Positions 62,750-64,000 of a stretch of DNA of 64,000 nt are shown here, one piece after another; position 1 is the first letter of the stretch; every line of letters starts with the position of its first letter. The translations under genes were made by a program, and so were the position numbers. The stretch comes from Folioceros fuciformis (lineage: Eukaryota), in assembly GCA_049999805.1 (NCBI GenBank), contig JBNGIO010006150.1, forward strand, positions 291,952-355,951, read 5' to 3'. A model generated the notes under the pieces. It was given only the letters and a program-made list of their open reading frames with translations, had not been told where the DNA came from and searched no databases.

Positions 62750-64000
62750 AAAAAGTGCCACTGTATGCCGGTCGTGCCATGTCTCTTTGGTTGTCCGTTG
62801 TGTGGCAAGAGGGTAAAAGCGATTCGAGCTTCTTGGTGGTGGTCCATCCTACTGCTTCATGCAGTATGGAGGTGCCCATATGCTTTGTCCGGCTAGGCAA
62901 AGGTTTCCTTCCCAGCCGTTCATTAGTCCCTGACACCCTGCTGTATTATGCCAGGGGGGGAGGTATGGAAGCATCTTTGCAGGGCCCCAGCTCCTTGTGT
63001 CCGGATTGAGCATGGTGACTCCGAACAGGGACCCATCAAACTCAACAGCATGTGGGTAGACAAAGGTTTTTGAGTCCTGCCCTGCGCAAGTCAGATGATG
63101 TAGGTGATGGTGGCCCCAGTAGAAAGATCTCCTGCAACACAGAGCGATCGTCCAGGCTGTGCACAATGAGCCGTCCACTTCAATGATTGGACAAGGTGAA
63201 GAGGCGGTTTCAGTCAAGGCCTTTAGAAATCTTGGATTTGTTGGGTCTGATTCTTGGATAAGATGGACAAAATAATTAGATTGGTCAAGAGCCTGAGGAT
63301 GGCGAATGCGGTCTATTGGGGATGTGTAAGTCTGCCCGTGGACAGCTCTCCAATCATTTGCCTTAGGCGCACATATTCCTGCACAGCATGTAAGTCTTCC
63401 TCCAGAATCATTAGACCAGTGGAAGATGTGGAGTACCTTGAAAGTTTCCGCTTCCTTGGCCATAAGGCAATTAATCTCGTCCTTTTCTTTGTGGCTGCTG
63501 TACAGGTGTCCCTTCAATGTTGCTGGTACCTTAAATTCTGGGAGCGTCTGCCATGTCTTGCTTGATGGGTTCGCGATTATCACCCCTCATGTTTTCTGAT
63601 GCATATCAGGCCGTTGCCAAAGAAATTCACTTGTCCCCTATAGAAACTGGAGGTAAGAAGGCTACTTGTATTCTGCGGAAGGAATTACAGATTGATGGGA
63701 TCTACCATTCCTTTGCGCAGGCGTGGTGGCCCTGTCGGATTAGCTGCACCCCATAATGGGTAGTATGCTCGGACAGTCCCGTTGGGAATAGTGTGATGCA
63801 GATCCTCCGGACATCCATGTCCGCCTGTGACCTCGAATGCACAACTCTCGGCTGGGAGGGGCCTTTCTCCTTATGTGCCCTGGGATCAGAAACCTGGTTT
63901 CTCAATGGTTTGTTTGAATATCTTGCTCAGGACCTTGGCCCGACTCATTTCAACAAACGAAGAGAATGCAATCACTTTCATGATTAGCGATTATTTAATA
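62750..64000 (-). pseudogene. F-box protein with beta-propeller-type C-terminus, disrupted; extends to window end
   Basis: F-box-like IMKVIAFSSFVEMSRAKVLSKIFKQTIEKPGF near 63890-63985; FLPQ..GNGLICI; IANPSSKTWQTLP; FKVLHIF; stops and frameshifts. Confidence 0.65.

Overview
Gene-dense eukaryotic nuclear DNA from a land plant. The ~90-110 nt GT-AG introns, plastid- and mitochondrion-targeted genes, a Ty1/copia remnant and PPR/F-box remnants suggest a compact bryophyte genome such as a hornwort; this is inference only. The right half (37-64 kb) holds mostly ordinary genes: SRC2-like C2 protein, NFD4/nodulin-like MFS transporter, TRF4/5-like nucleotidyltransferase, CDSP32, mitochondrial GUF1/EF4, an unusual lipocalin, a DUF3593 protein and an F-box pseudogene. 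The left half is a repeat-rich accessory region. Its key feature is a tandem cluster (13.5-32.3 kb) of TORNADO1-like Roco genes. The one intact copy (23287-27426) encodes LRR-ROC GTPase-COR fused to a C-terminal domain with animal-type caspase p20+p10 signatures (KPKVVVINACRG, DFLIVFSTSPG..SFR, QCPQLLSSLTGKLYW) rather than plant metacaspase signatures. Neighbouring copies are pseudogenes: one has a doubled LRR module, another has doubled caspase segments that keep the catalytic His lost in the intact copy. LRR differences between copies cluster on the predicted ligand-binding face. Together this looks like a candidate receptor-GTPase-caspase immune/cell-death system under birth-and-death evolution. 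All homology calls are from motif recognition by eye; no searches were run.
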